From the NCBI GenBank assembly GCA_046292385.1, contig JBKBRF010000043.1, forward strand, positions 1 through 59,088: a stretch of DNA of 59,088 nucleotides, given 5' to 3'. Below the pieces are notes generated by a model, which had not been told where the DNA came from, searched no databases, and saw only the letters and a list, made by a program, of their open reading frames with translations. How positions within the stretch are numbered: the stretch's first letter is position 1; every line of letters starts with the position of its first letter. Below, piece by piece: positions 42,128-51,666 of this stretch. A program made the position numbers and the translations under genes. Origin of the DNA: Armatimonadota bacterium (GTDB taxonomy: Bacteria; Armatimonadota; SYMT01).

Positions 42128-43273
42128 ATGTTTAGGGCGCCTCGCACGCGGCAGGTCTATCTCTGGCACAAGTGGACCGGTCTCATTACCGGCCTGTTCA
42201 TCTTCTTCGTCTCCCTGACGGGAACGCTCGCGGTCTTCAAGAACGAAATCGACGCCGCGATGACTCCGGGCAAGCAGGTAAAGCCGGCGGGCACGCGTGC
42301 GCCGCTGGAGCAGATCGTCACGACGATGCGGGAAGCCTACCCGGAGAGCCGGGTGGGGCAGATCAATCTCGCCGCGGGGCCCGGGGACGTGCATAGCCTG
42401 TCGATCAAGGACGGGAAGCGGTCTCGCGAGGTATTCATCGACCCGTACACGGCGGCCATCACGGGGTCTCGGACCGGAGAGAACCTGGCGAACGTGATCC
42501 GCCAGACGCACCTGCGGTTCTACTACTTCAAGTGGCAGGGCCGGGTCTTCGTGGGGGTGGTGGGCCTGGCGCTGCTCATCTCTACCATCACCGGCTTCAT
42601 GATCTACGGGCCGTTCATGAAGAACATGGTCTTCGGCCAGATTCGGTGGAAGCACGGGCCGAAGATCGTCCTCTCGGACTGGCACAAGCTGGTCGGTATC
42701 GTGACCCTGGCCTTCAACCTGGTCTTCGGTCTCACGGGAGCCGTGCTGGGCCTGGAGAACCTCGCCCGCTTCTCTCCGCCCGTGAGTGAGGCGCTGCACC
42801 CTAAACCCGAAGCGGCCAACCGGAAGCTGGCGCCGGAGACCGTGGAGGGACGCCTCACCGTGGATGAAGCCGTCCAGAAGGCGCAGGTCGCGCTTCCCGG
42901 CTTCGAGGCAACCTCCGTCACCCTGCCTCGTGCCGAGAAGAGTCACTGGATGCTGCGCGGCAACCTTCGCGGTCACTTCGCGGCGCGAGGCACCAGCTGG
43001 GCCCTTCTGGATACCCACACCGGCATGCCGATCGAAGTCCACGACGCCCGGCGCGCTCGGCCGGTGACCTGGGCCTACAACCTGTCGGAGCCGCTTCACT
43101 TCGGGGACTTTGCCGGGCTGCCTCTGAAGGTCGTCTACGGGGTGGCCGGGCTGTTGGGGAGCTCCCTCTACCTCACCGGCTTCGTCATCTGGCTGTACAA
43201 GCGGCGCAAGAAGAAGCCCACGCAGGACCGCCCCGCGGTGCCGCCGTCACCCACTGCTTCCTCTGCTGTCTAG
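42128..43273 (+). CDS. PepSY-associated TM helix protein
   Basis: WHKWTG...SLTG, DPYT, QTHLRF, TITG, DWHKLVG, LTG, PLHFG, LTG..IW with conserved His. Confidence 0.9.
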   Translation: MFRAPRTRQVYLWHKWTGLITGLFIFFVSLTGTLAVFKNEIDAAMTPGKQVKPAGTRAPLEQIVTTMREAYPESRVGQINLAAGPGDVHSLSIKDGKRSREVFIDPYTAAITGSRTGENLANVIRQTHLRFYYFKWQGRVFVGVVGLALLISTITGFMIYGPFMKNMVFGQIRWKHGPKIVLSDWHKLVGIVTLAFNLVFGLTGAVLGLENLARFSPPVSEALHPKPEAANRKLAPETVEGRLTVDEAVQKAQVALPGFEATSVTLPRAEKSHWMLRGNLRGHFAARGTSWALLDTHTGMPIEVHDARRARPVTWAYNLSEPLHFGDFAGLPLKVVYGVAGLLGSSLYLTGFVIWLYKRRKKKPTQDRPAVPPSPTASSAV

Positions 43274-43601
43274 CCCTCACACATGGGCAGCTGCGTCCTT
43301 CCGAGGCACCAGAGCCACCCGGAGCAAGGGAGCTCTGGTGCCCTCATGCATCGTCCGCCCCCCGGCAATGGTCCAGGGCGGCGCCGCCGAGCAGCGAGAT
43401 TCGCCCGGCCGGCTGAAGGCGAGCGGCGGCCGGGCCGGCACCGGCGAAACGGGAAGAAAAGACCCGTCCATCCAGTCGGGCGAAGTTGCTGTGATTCCAT
43501 TCGTGCCCCTTCAGCGAGGCCGCTCCGATGCCGATAAGGTGGTTGCCGGGCTGGTGAGCGCAAGCCCCGAGTTTCGATGGAGAGGCGAGGAGACGGCGGT
43601 A

Positions 43602-44588
43602 ATGACGAGCGAGGACCTGGGACTGGTACCGGGTGCGCGGGTGCTGCTGGCGGACCGAGACGAGCAGCAGGCGCGCCAGATGGCGGAGTACCTGGAAGCG
43701 GTGGGCCACACCGTGCTCCGGGCCACCGACGGTGAGGACGCGCTGCGCCTGATCCGGTGCGACGATCCGGAGGTCGCGCTGCTCGACGTCGGCATCCACC
43801 GCCTGAACGCTTACCAGATCTGCGAGCGGGTGAAGGCCCATCCCTCCACTCGCGGCATCCCGGTGATCATGCTGGTCGACCCCACCGCGCAGGACGAGAA
43901 GATCCGCGGGCTGGAGGTGGGCGCCGAAGACTTCCTCGCGCGGCCGGTCCACAAGCTGGAGCTGCTCGCCCGGGTCAAGTCGCTGGTGCGGGTGAAGCGC
44001 CTGAACGACCAGGTGGAGACGACCGAAAGCGTCATCTTCGGGCTGGCGCGGATGCTGGAGAGCAAGGTCTCCAGCGTCGGCAGCGACTCCGCCCGCCTGG
44101 CCGACCACGCCTGTCTCCTCGGCCGCGCACTGGGGCTCACCGAGGATGACCTGGAGATTCTCCGCAAGGGCGCGCTGCTCCACGACATCGGCAAGATCGC
44201 GGTCCGCGAAGAGGTGCTGTTGAAGAACGGCCGCCTCACCACGGAAGAGTACAACGAGATCAAGCTGCACCCGGAAGTCGGCGAGCGGATCTGCGGCCCG
44301 CTCCGCTGCGCGGACCTGGTACTGCCGATCATTCGCCACCACCAGGAGCGCTGGGACGGCCGCGGCTATCCGGACGGCCTGCAGGGCGAGCAGATTCCGC
44401 TCCTCGCGCGGATCATGTCGATCGCGGATGCCTACGACGCGATGCTCTCGCCGCGGCCGTACCGCCCGCCGCTCACCCCGGAAGAGGCGCAGGCCGCCCT
44501 GGAAGCCGGCTCCGGCACCCAGTGGGACCCGAACCTGGTGAGCCTGTTCCTCGCGGCCGTCCGCAAGCGGCAGCTCGTCGCCGCGTAG
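43602..44588 (+). CDS. Response regulator receiver + HD-GYP c-di-GMP phosphodiesterase (RpfG-like)
   Basis: Receiver domain with LLDV; LLHDIGKI, HHQERWDGRGYPDGL, ADAYDAM..PRPYR. Confidence 0.92.
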   Translation: MTSEDLGLVPGARVLLADRDEQQARQMAEYLEAVGHTVLRATDGEDALRLIRCDDPEVALLDVGIHRLNAYQICERVKAHPSTRGIPVIMLVDPTAQDEKIRGLEVGAEDFLARPVHKLELLARVKSLVRVKRLNDQVETTESVIFGLARMLESKVSSVGSDSARLADHACLLGRALGLTEDDLEILRKGALLHDIGKIAVREEVLLKNGRLTTEEYNEIKLHPEVGERICGPLRCADLVLPIIRHHQERWDGRGYPDGLQGEQIPLLARIMSIADAYDAMLSPRPYRPPLTPEEAQAALEAGSGTQWDPNLVSLFLAAVRKRQLVAA

Positions 44589-44836
44589 AGACCCGGCTCG
44601 CTCTTCTCCAACCTCGTCTCCGGCCCCGCTGCCCCACCGCAGCGGGGCCGGCGTGCTCAGGCGCGGGCTCCACTGGTTACTCGTAGACACCGCCCACCGT
44701 ACCGCGGCCGGCACCTCTCGATTCTGCCCGAGTGACCGGCTCGCCCGGCCCCCCTCCCGAGGAGCGCTCCCACCACTCGCGCTTACGAAGGGCTTCTCAC
44801 TCGTTCCGGGAGACTCATCCCGTGCCGAAATGCGTC

Positions 44837-44864
44837 GAGTAAGAGTATGAGTAAGAGTAGGAGT
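44837..44864. repeat. Hexamer tandem array (GAGTAR)n
   Basis: GAGTAAGAGTATGAGTAAGAGTAGGAGT; related GAGCAG/GAGTAG array at 24555-24578. Confidence 0.7.
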
Positions 44865-44881
44865 CACCCGGAGAGATTGAC

Positions 44882-45889
44882 GTGCAGACCATCCGCGCTC
44901 GCGCCCCCGTCCGCTTCTGCGACCTCGGCGGCTGGACCGACACCCGCCTGGTGCCGAGCGGCGCCGTCCTGAGCTTCTGCGCCGCGCTCTACACCCACGT
45001 CACGCTGCAGGTCGGCGCCACGCCGGGGATCAGCATCGAGAGCTTCGATACCGGGGAGCAGACCCACCTGGCGGACATCCGGCAGATCGAGTACGACAGC
45101 GTCCTCGACCTCTTCAAAGCGGCCCTCAAGCGGCACGGTGCCGGCATCAAGCAGGGCGTGCGGCTGCTGGTCCGCTCCGACGCCCCGCCCGGCAGCGGCC
45201 TCGGCTCTTCCGCCGCGCTCGGCGTGGCGACCGTCGCCGCGCTCGCCGCGCAGCTTCGCTGGGGGCTCCTGCCGTACGAGCTGGCGCGCGAATCGCAGGC
45301 GCTGGAGACGGAAGAGCTCTGCCTGGAGTGCGGCGTGCAGGACCAACTCGCTTCCGCCTACGGCGGGGTCAACTTCATGGAGGTGACCTACCCCGACGCC
45401 CGCGTGCTGCCGGTGCCGCTCGATCCCGGCACCCTCTGCGAGCTGGAGGACCGCTTCGTGCTGGTCTACACCGGCAAGAGCCACTTCTCCAGCGCCATGC
45501 ACGAGAAGGTGATCGCCGAGTACGAGGCGGATCGCAACCGCCACCTCTTCCAGCGCCTCGCCGAGTGCGCCGTCCACGGCAAGCAGGCCCTGCTCTCCGG
45601 CAGCCTGACCGCCTTCGCGGAGGCGATGAACGCCAACTGGGAAGCCCAGAAGGCGCTCCACCCGGACATCACCACCCCGGAGATCGAAGCGCTCTACGAG
45701 AAGAGCCGCGCCGCCGGCGCCATGGGCTTCAAAGCGAACGGAGCCGGCGGCGGCGGCACCGTCACCCTCCTCGCCGAGCCGAACCGCGACCACGAAGTCC
45801 GCCGCGCCGTCACCGAGCTGGGAATGACCGTCCTCCCGTCCAAGATCGACACGACGGGCCTGCAGGTGTGGCAGAGGGACGAACGATGA
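44882..45889 (+). CDS. GHMP kinase, D-glycero-alpha-D-manno-heptose-7-phosphate kinase (HddA)-like
   Basis: APVR...GGWTD, PPGSGLGSSA, GVQDQ...AYGG, YTG, K..GAGGGG. Confidence 0.85.
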   Translation: MQTIRARAPVRFCDLGGWTDTRLVPSGAVLSFCAALYTHVTLQVGATPGISIESFDTGEQTHLADIRQIEYDSVLDLFKAALKRHGAGIKQGVRLLVRSDAPPGSGLGSSAALGVATVAALAAQLRWGLLPYELARESQALETEELCLECGVQDQLASAYGGVNFMEVTYPDARVLPVPLDPGTLCELEDRFVLVYTGKSHFSSAMHEKVIAEYEADRNRHLFQRLAECAVHGKQALLSGSLTAFAEAMNANWEAQKALHPDITTPEIEALYEKSRAAGAMGFKANGAGGGGTVTLLAEPNRDHEVRRAVTELGMTVLPSKIDTTGLQVWQRDER

Positions 45890-46346
45890 GGGATGAACGA
45901 TGAACGCATTAGCCGCGGAGCTTGGCGGTCTTGACGCTGGCAACGAAGATCGCGATCAGCTCGTCAGCTTCTCGCAAGAGAGGCTGCACGGCGCTGGCTG
46001 GAGCAATCTCCGCAGCCTGGAGTAGCTCCAGCCAGTACTGGGTCTCATCAAGCTCTTGCAGTGCGCCTTCCATCTTACTGATGAAGTCCGGGTTCGACTT
46101 GGCGCGATGGGCCTCGCGGTACAGTGCCCCTGGCGAAGTACCGGCACGGAGCAACTGGCGCCCGAGGACATGCGCTTCTGCGGTCCGCGGGAGCGTTCCG
46201 TAGAAGCGGATCACCGCCAGCGCGAAGTCACGCGTTCGAACTCGAAGGTCCCGCCGTCCGCGACTCGAATCCTGGCCGTCGTCAGCGCCTGAGCGCGGCG
46301 GTTCAGGGTTCGGATTCATCCTTCATCCCTCATCGTTCATCCCTCT
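45873..46346. repeat. 32-bp inverted repeat of GATGAAC/GATGAGG heptamers flanking the four-helix-bundle gene
   Basis: 45873-45904 versus the reverse complement of 46315-46346: 30/32 identical. Confidence 0.85.
45909..46319 (-). CDS. Four helix bundle protein (23S rRNA IVS protein family)
   Basis: RTRDFALAVI, LGRQLLRAGTS.GA.YREA, DFISK....QELDETQYWLELL, EADELIAIF. Confidence 0.92.
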   Translation of the reverse strand: MNPNPEPPRSGADDGQDSSRGRRDLRVRTRDFALAVIRFYGTLPRTAEAHVLGRQLLRAGTSPGALYREAHRAKSNPDFISKMEGALQELDETQYWLELLQAAEIAPASAVQPLLREADELIAIFVASVKTAKLRG

Positions 46347-47067
46347 AGCGCGGTGCCTGCCGCGCCCTTGGGTCGCTGTGCGGGGGGAACGAGAGCGCCA
46401 TCTTTTCGGTGGCGCGGTAGCCCTGGTAGGTCTCTACTTGGAAGGTGAAGTCGTAGGTGTCGCCCTCCACCGGCGCGGCGCCGGGCAGCGGGAAGACCAG
46501 CTCCTGGCTCTTGCCGGGGCCGATCTTGAACTCTCGCGCCGTCACGTTCTGCAGGAAGCGGTCCGGGTTGCTCGCTTCCACGCGGCCGTTCATCACGCGC
46601 GTCTTGAACGGGTTCGTCACCTTCACCGTGAGCTTGAACTCGCCGGTCGTCACCTCGATCTCCGGGCGCGCGGCGCGCACCAGGAGGGTCGCCTCACCGC
46701 CCGGCTCGAAGGTCGCTTTGACCGGGATCTCCCCCTCCGCGGTGCGGGAAGCGGTGACCTTCGGGTAGGTCTTCAGGCCGTAGCCGGGCACCGAGTTCTT
46801 GAAGCGCGCGTCCGGCTTGACGGTGACCCCCTCGCCCGGCTCGTACTTCAGCTCGCCTTTCACGGCGCGGCCGGTGGGGCTGGGGACCAGCAGCTCGACC
46901 GGGTAAGTCTCTCCGGGGGCCAGGTCCAGCTCCTTCGGGGTGAAGCGCATCGCCTGGACCAGCGGCTTCTTCGGGGCGCTCTTCGCGGGCGCCTTCTGGG
47001 CGGGCGCCGCCAGCGCGGCGGCACTCAGCACGGCGACGCCCGAGAGCGCCAGCAGCGGATACCTCAT
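46345..47067 (-). CDS. Secreted hypothetical protein (two Ig-like beta domains)
   Basis: Signal peptide MRYPLLALSG..., K/P-rich linker, beta-rich body. Confidence 0.7.
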   Translation of the reverse strand: MRYPLLALSGVAVLSAAALAAPAQKAPAKSAPKKPLVQAMRFTPKELDLAPGETYPVELLVPSPTGRAVKGELKYEPGEGVTVKPDARFKNSVPGYGLKTYPKVTASRTAEGEIPVKATFEPGGEATLLVRAARPEIEVTTGEFKLTVKVTNPFKTRVMNGRVEASNPDRFLQNVTAREFKIGPGKSQELVFPLPGAAPVEGDTYDFTFQVETYQGYRATEKMALSFPPHSDPRARQAPR

Positions 47068-47189
47068 CCATCTCTCCCAACCCGCGGACGTCATCCCCCG
47101 CGGCGAGAGGATTCTAGCAGGTCTCCCGTCGACGCGCCGGGTTCCAGGGCTGAGTGGGAGAGCCGGCGCAGGGGAGAGCGGGCGAGCCG

Positions 47190-48350
47190 CTACCGGGCGC
47201 CGCCGCTCCGCACCGGGGTCAGCAGGCACGCCACGCGCCGCCCCTCCCGCTCCGCCTGCCCGACGATCTGCCCGCGATCGTTGATGGCATTCGCGGCGAC
47301 AATCTTCCAGCCGTCCCGGCGCGGGACCAGTGGGGAGAGAAGTGTGCTGCGGTGGGAGCGATAGATGAACGCGGCAACCGGTGGCGCCTCCAGAGGCTCC
47401 CGAGGGACAAGAGAGCCCACCACCGTTCCGGCGTCATTGATGCCCCGCGCCTCGGGGTAGTGCGCCCTCGTCCCCGAACCGCTCGGGGGCCGGATGTCGT
47501 GTTGAGGCCACGGTAGCCGAATGCCCTTCAAAGTCGTAATCCAGCTTGACGTCTCGTCCGAGTGACCACTGAACTGACCCACCACCTGCGATCGACGATT
47601 GATACTCCGTGGCCAGAACCACCCTTTACCATAGCGCCCGATCCAGAGCTGGTTGTTCTTCCAGGTCAAGGGCCAGTAACCAGTGTCGGTGAGATGATTC
47701 ACGAAGACATGGCCCAGAACGAGTCCGTTCCGGATCTCGAACGCCTCACTGAACAAGGCTCGCTCGTCGCGGAGCGGATTCAGGTGTAGTTGGGGCAGCG
47801 CCACCATGCGCCATTCCGGATACCCGCCACGCAGCCGGGAGCGGAAGGCCCAGTAGTTCGGCCAGTATGTCGAAGCGGAGTCGGGTGCGCGCTCTGCGGC
47901 GCCGACGAGCTCACCGTTATCGTCGATGGCATTGGCCCAGCTGTTGTTCCCGCCCAACGTCCCCACGTCGATCACCTCATCCCCGCTCCAGTAGGTCGCC
48001 CGACGGTATCCATCCGCATTCGTGCTGACCCCGACGATGTCCCCGACCCGGTTGATGTCCCGCGCTTCGCTGTAACTACCGCCAGGCAGGGTGCCCAGGT
48101 CCCGTATCCCGCCGTATTCCCAGAGAAACGCGTGTGTCTCGCCATCGGCAGTCTCCGCCTTGCCGACCACCTGCCCCCGCTCGTTGATACTCAGTGCCTC
48201 GCTCGTCTCCCCGCCCAGCGTGCCGAGCAGGGTCACGGTGTAGAACGGCAGCGGATCGGGACCGGCTGCAGCCCCCGGCAGTAGGAACGTGAGGGCGAGC
48301 AGTGCCAGCGGGACGACCCGGCGAGCGACCTGCGGGAGCGGTGAAAACAT
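47190..48350 (-). CDS. Secreted HAF-family extracellular repeat protein
   Basis: Repeated LGTLGG..S.A..IN..GQVVG...HAFLW units; signal peptide. Confidence 0.88.
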   Translation of the reverse strand: MFSPLPQVARRVVPLALLALTFLLPGAAAGPDPLPFYTVTLLGTLGGETSEALSINERGQVVGKAETADGETHAFLWEYGGIRDLGTLPGGSYSEARDINRVGDIVGVSTNADGYRRATYWSGDEVIDVGTLGGNNSWANAIDDNGELVGAAERAPDSASTYWPNYWAFRSRLRGGYPEWRMVALPQLHLNPLRDERALFSEAFEIRNGLVLGHVFVNHLTDTGYWPLTWKNNQLWIGRYGKGWFWPRSINRRSQVVGQFSGHSDETSSWITTLKGIRLPWPQHDIRPPSGSGTRAHYPEARGINDAGTVVGSLVPREPLEAPPVAAFIYRSHRSTLLSPLVPRRDGWKIVAANAINDRGQIVGQAEREGRRVACLLTPVRSGGAR

Positions 48351-48608
48351 CGGAGCGCCTCCTCACTAGAAGGGATACCCCAATGTGAGGGAACGCTAAC
48401 GCTTCGAGCGGCCCAGGGGAACGGGAGCGACGAAGACCGCCTGCGCCTTCGGAGAGGCGCCATTTCCACGCGTAAGGCTCTGTTAAGGCGGGCTCCATCC
48501 GTTGTTAAGCCGGGTCGCTTACGCTCGTGGTGGACGCCCTCGCGGACCGGGCGGCGGCGAGCGCTGCGACCACGCCGGCCTGGGAGCGGACAGAAAGGAA
48601 AACGATCG

Positions 48609-49028
48609 ATGGCCTACAGCATCAAGCTTGGCGAGGGCGGCGACCGCCCTCCGCAGGGAAAGCGGCCGGCACCCAGCTCCCCCTCGGTGCCGCTGCCGGC
48701 AGCCGTAGGGGGAGCAGCAGCCGCGATCCTGGTGCTCGTCGTGGTGCTCTGGCTGCAGCTCGGCGGGAGCAACCCGAATAACGTGCCGGCGTTCACCCCG
48801 CCCCCGCAGCGACCCTACGCAGCTGCGGCGAGCCTCCCCGGACTCGAAGACACGCCGATCAACCCCGCCGCGAGCGGGCAGGCGTCCACTTATCCGGGTG
48901 GCTGGGCCCTGCCGGCGGGGGCGGACCCGAATCCGGACGCGCTGCCGTCCGATGGTCCGCGAACCTACACGCTGCCGGCCGGCGCCGATCCGGATCCCGA
49001 CGCCCTGCCCGGCGAGGCGGGTCGATAG
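48609..49028 (+). CDS. Small single-pass membrane protein with Pro-rich duplicated motif
   Basis: One TM helix; two LPAGADP(N/D)PDALP copies; AAAGGA RBS. Confidence 0.65.
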   Translation: MAYSIKLGEGGDRPPQGKRPAPSSPSVPLPAAVGGAAAAILVLVVVLWLQLGGSNPNNVPAFTPPPQRPYAAAASLPGLEDTPINPAASGQASTYPGGWALPAGADPNPDALPSDGPRTYTLPAGADPDPDALPGEAGR

Positions 49029-49118
49029 CGGACGAGGCGGCATCGTCACGGTCGTCGAACGGAGAACGGGCTCCGGGGCTCAGGCCGGAGCCCTACCGCC
49101 GACCGTGAGAGTTATCGG

Positions 49119-50018
49119 ATGAGGAAGCAAGCCGTCCTCCTGGCGCTGGCCGCTGCCCTTACGTGGGTCCTCCCCGCCGCCGCGTGGTGGCCGAAGGGCC
49201 ACGGGATCCTCGCCCGGGCGGCGGTCCGCGCGCTGCCGCGGACGATGCCGGCCTACTTCCGCGAGGGTGGCTCGCTGGTGGCGCACGTCTCCGAGGACCC
49301 GGACGTGGCGAAGAACCGGGACGCGCCGCACGTGAGCGACCAGGAATCGCCGGAGCACTTCTTCAACGCCGAGCTGCTCCAGGGCCGACCGCTCCCGGAG
49401 ACCCGCTACCAGTTCCTGAAGCTCTGCGCGGAGGCGAAGCTCGATCCGAAGGAAGTGGGACTGCTTCCCTACGCGGTGACGGAGTGGACGGAGCGGCTCG
49501 CCGTCGCATTCGCGGAGCACCGCCGCTGGCCGGATAATCCGCACATCCGCACGAAGACGCTGGTCTACGCCGGCTTCCTGGCCCACTACGCGGGCGACCT
49601 GGAGATGCCGCTCCACACCACCATCCACCACGACGGCCGCGTGCCGCCCGGGGGGAAGTCGCCCCGCTCCGGTATCCACGCGCGCGTCGACTCGCTCCCG
49701 GAGAAGCTCGGCCTGAACCCGAAAGAGCTGGCGAAGGGAGTCCGGCCCGCGGCGGCGGCGGAGGTGATGCCGTTCGTGCTCCGGGAGCTCGAGGCGAGCC
49801 GCGCGCAGGTCGACCGCGTCTACGCCTTGGAAGCGCAGCTCCCCCCCGAGCGCGGCGACTGGCCCCCCTCCCCGGAGATCCGCGCCTTCACCCGCGAGCG
49901 CGCCGCCGCCGCCACCCGCTTCCTCGCCTCGCTCTACCTCACCGCCTGGGAGAAATCGGCCACCATCCGCCTCCCGGAATGGCTGGATCGCACCGAAACC
50001 CCGGCAGCCACGCGTTAG
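49119..50018 (+). CDS. Secreted S1/P1 nuclease / Zn-dependent phospholipase C-fold enzyme
   Basis: AAA|WWPKGH mature N-terminus (W1, H6), DPD, EHFFN, HYAGDLEMPLH, GIHARVD. Confidence 0.8.
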   Translation: MRKQAVLLALAAALTWVLPAAAWWPKGHGILARAAVRALPRTMPAYFREGGSLVAHVSEDPDVAKNRDAPHVSDQESPEHFFNAELLQGRPLPETRYQFLKLCAEAKLDPKEVGLLPYAVTEWTERLAVAFAEHRRWPDNPHIRTKTLVYAGFLAHYAGDLEMPLHTTIHHDGRVPPGGKSPRSGIHARVDSLPEKLGLNPKELAKGVRPAAAAEVMPFVLRELEASRAQVDRVYALEAQLPPERGDWPPSPEIRAFTRERAAAATRFLASLYLTAWEKSATIRLPEWLDRTETPAATR

Positions 50019-50068
50019 CACGCAGGTACTGCCGGTGAGGACGAGCGGCACTCCCGTCTTCCACCCCA

Positions 50069-50225
50069 GTCATCCTGACCGACAGGGAAGGATCTCGGCA
50101 GCCGGACTGGGACGGAACACGCAAGCGGGTGAAGCGGACTCTACCGTCGGTTCCCCTCCGCGCGCCAGGCCTCCCGCTCCGGCACCGAGGGGGTGACGTA
50201 GACCCTTCACTGCGTTCAGGGTGAC
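50069..50225 (-). repeat. 157-bp palindrome-ended element, copy 3 (solo, inverted)
   Basis: GTCATCCTGACCGACAGGGAAGGATCTCGGCAGC ... GTGACGTAGACCCTTCACTGCGTTCAGGGTGAC. Confidence 0.8.
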
Positions 50226-50477
50226 TGGGGTGGGGCTCGAGGGCGGCCGCGTGTTTCCCGGCATGACACCGGCTCCCGCACATCAGCGCCTTCGGCAGCC
50301 CCGTCCGAAGCCCTCGTGCTCCTGGCGAAGCTCATCCCCCTAATCCCCAATTCCATCCCCCCATCTCCTGAACTGGTTCGGAATGTCAGCGCAGGAAATG
50401 AGCTCCCCTCCGGGCAACGGACGCTGGATGCCGCCTCGCCGGGCTGATGAGGCGGCGGCTCCGTTATCCAGGTAAGC

Positions 50478-51299
50478 ATGAAGATTCGTAAGGCGATCAT
50501 CCCCGCCGGCGGGCACGGCACGCGCCTGCGCCCGCTGACCCACCTGATGCCGAAAGAGATGCTCCCGCTCGGCGGGAAAGTCGTGCTCCAGTACGTCCTC
50601 GAAGAGTGCGACGCTGCCGGTCTCGACACGCTGCTCGTGGTGCTCAACCGCCGCAAGACGGCGCTCTTCGCGGTCGGCGAGGAGACCCCCTCGCCCCCGG
50701 ACCCGGTCACCCGTATTCCCGCCCGGAACGTCTACTTCGCCAACCAGGAGCAGCAGGGCGGGCTGGCTCACGCCATGCTGCACGGCGAGGCGTTCGTGGG
50801 GGACGAGCCGTTCGTGGTCGCGCTGGGCGACACGGTGATCCACCGCGGGGGCGATCCCGCGGCGGGCGAGGCTTCCCTGCTGGCGCGGATGATCGCCGCC
50901 CACCGGGAGCACGGCGCCGCCGCCACCGTCGCCGCGCAGGAAGTGCCGGCGGACCGCATCTCGCGCTACGGCATCCTGTCACCCCAGGGGGAGGCGGGTG
51001 AGGTGTTCCGCATCCGCCGGGTGGTGGAGAAGCCGTCGCCGGAGCAGGCCCCCTCCAACCTGGCGATCACCGCGCGCTACGTCTTCTCGCCACAGATCTT
51101 CCGCGCGTGCCGGGAGAGCGGCCGCGCCGAAAACGGGGAGATCGAGCTCACCCGCGCCATGACCTGGCTCGCGCAGCAGGGCGAGACCGTCCTCGGCGTC
51201 CGGCTCGCCTCCGGCGAACAGCGGCTCGACATCGGCAACCCGCAGTCCTACGCCGAGGCGTTCCGGCTGATGGCAGACGAGCTGGACGGATCGGCATAG
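50478..51299 (+). CDS. Sugar-phosphate nucleotidyltransferase, GalU-like
   Basis: KAIIPAGGHGTRLRP.T...PKEMLP, Q....GLAHA, LGD, VEKP, ARYV, GEIELT, DIGN. Confidence 0.85.
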   Translation: MKIRKAIIPAGGHGTRLRPLTHLMPKEMLPLGGKVVLQYVLEECDAAGLDTLLVVLNRRKTALFAVGEETPSPPDPVTRIPARNVYFANQEQQGGLAHAMLHGEAFVGDEPFVVALGDTVIHRGGDPAAGEASLLARMIAAHREHGAAATVAAQEVPADRISRYGILSPQGEAGEVFRIRRVVEKPSPEQAPSNLAITARYVFSPQIFRACRESGRAENGEIELTRAMTWLAQQGETVLGVRLASGEQRLDIGNPQSYAEAFRLMADELDGSA

Positions 51300-51425
51300 C
51301 CCTGCCGCTGAGTTCGCAGCGCCCCCCGCACAAAGCGCGGCTCCGCAGGCTAAGACAGACTCAGTCCGCGGACTCTGGAACCCGGAAGGCCGCTCCGGTG
51401 GCCCAAAGGGAGACGGCCACGGTGC

Positions 51426-51493
51426 AGTCTGTGGAGTGCGGTGGCTCGCCACCGCTTCCCCGCCAGGGGAAACTCGCCGGAGTAGTCGGCCGC
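51426..51493 (-). repeat. Intact REP-like element (empty IS target)
   Basis: Minus strand CCGGCGAGTTTCCCCTGGCGGGGAAGCGGTGG-CGAG-CCACCGCACTCCACAGACT matches the joined flanks 58950-58985 + 65-83. Confidence 0.85.
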
Positions 51494-51666
51494 CGGGGCT
51501 CCTCCTGCCCCGCAGAGTTCGCCCTCCCATCTAGCGAGGGCGCGGGGTGGAACCTCGGGGAGAAGCCGCTCCCGCCAGGAGGCAATACGGACCCGCCAGG
51601 CCGCCGCCAGGGCAAGTTAGAGGTTGGAAGTCCGGCAAGCGGGTGATAGAAGTGACGGGGAAACTA

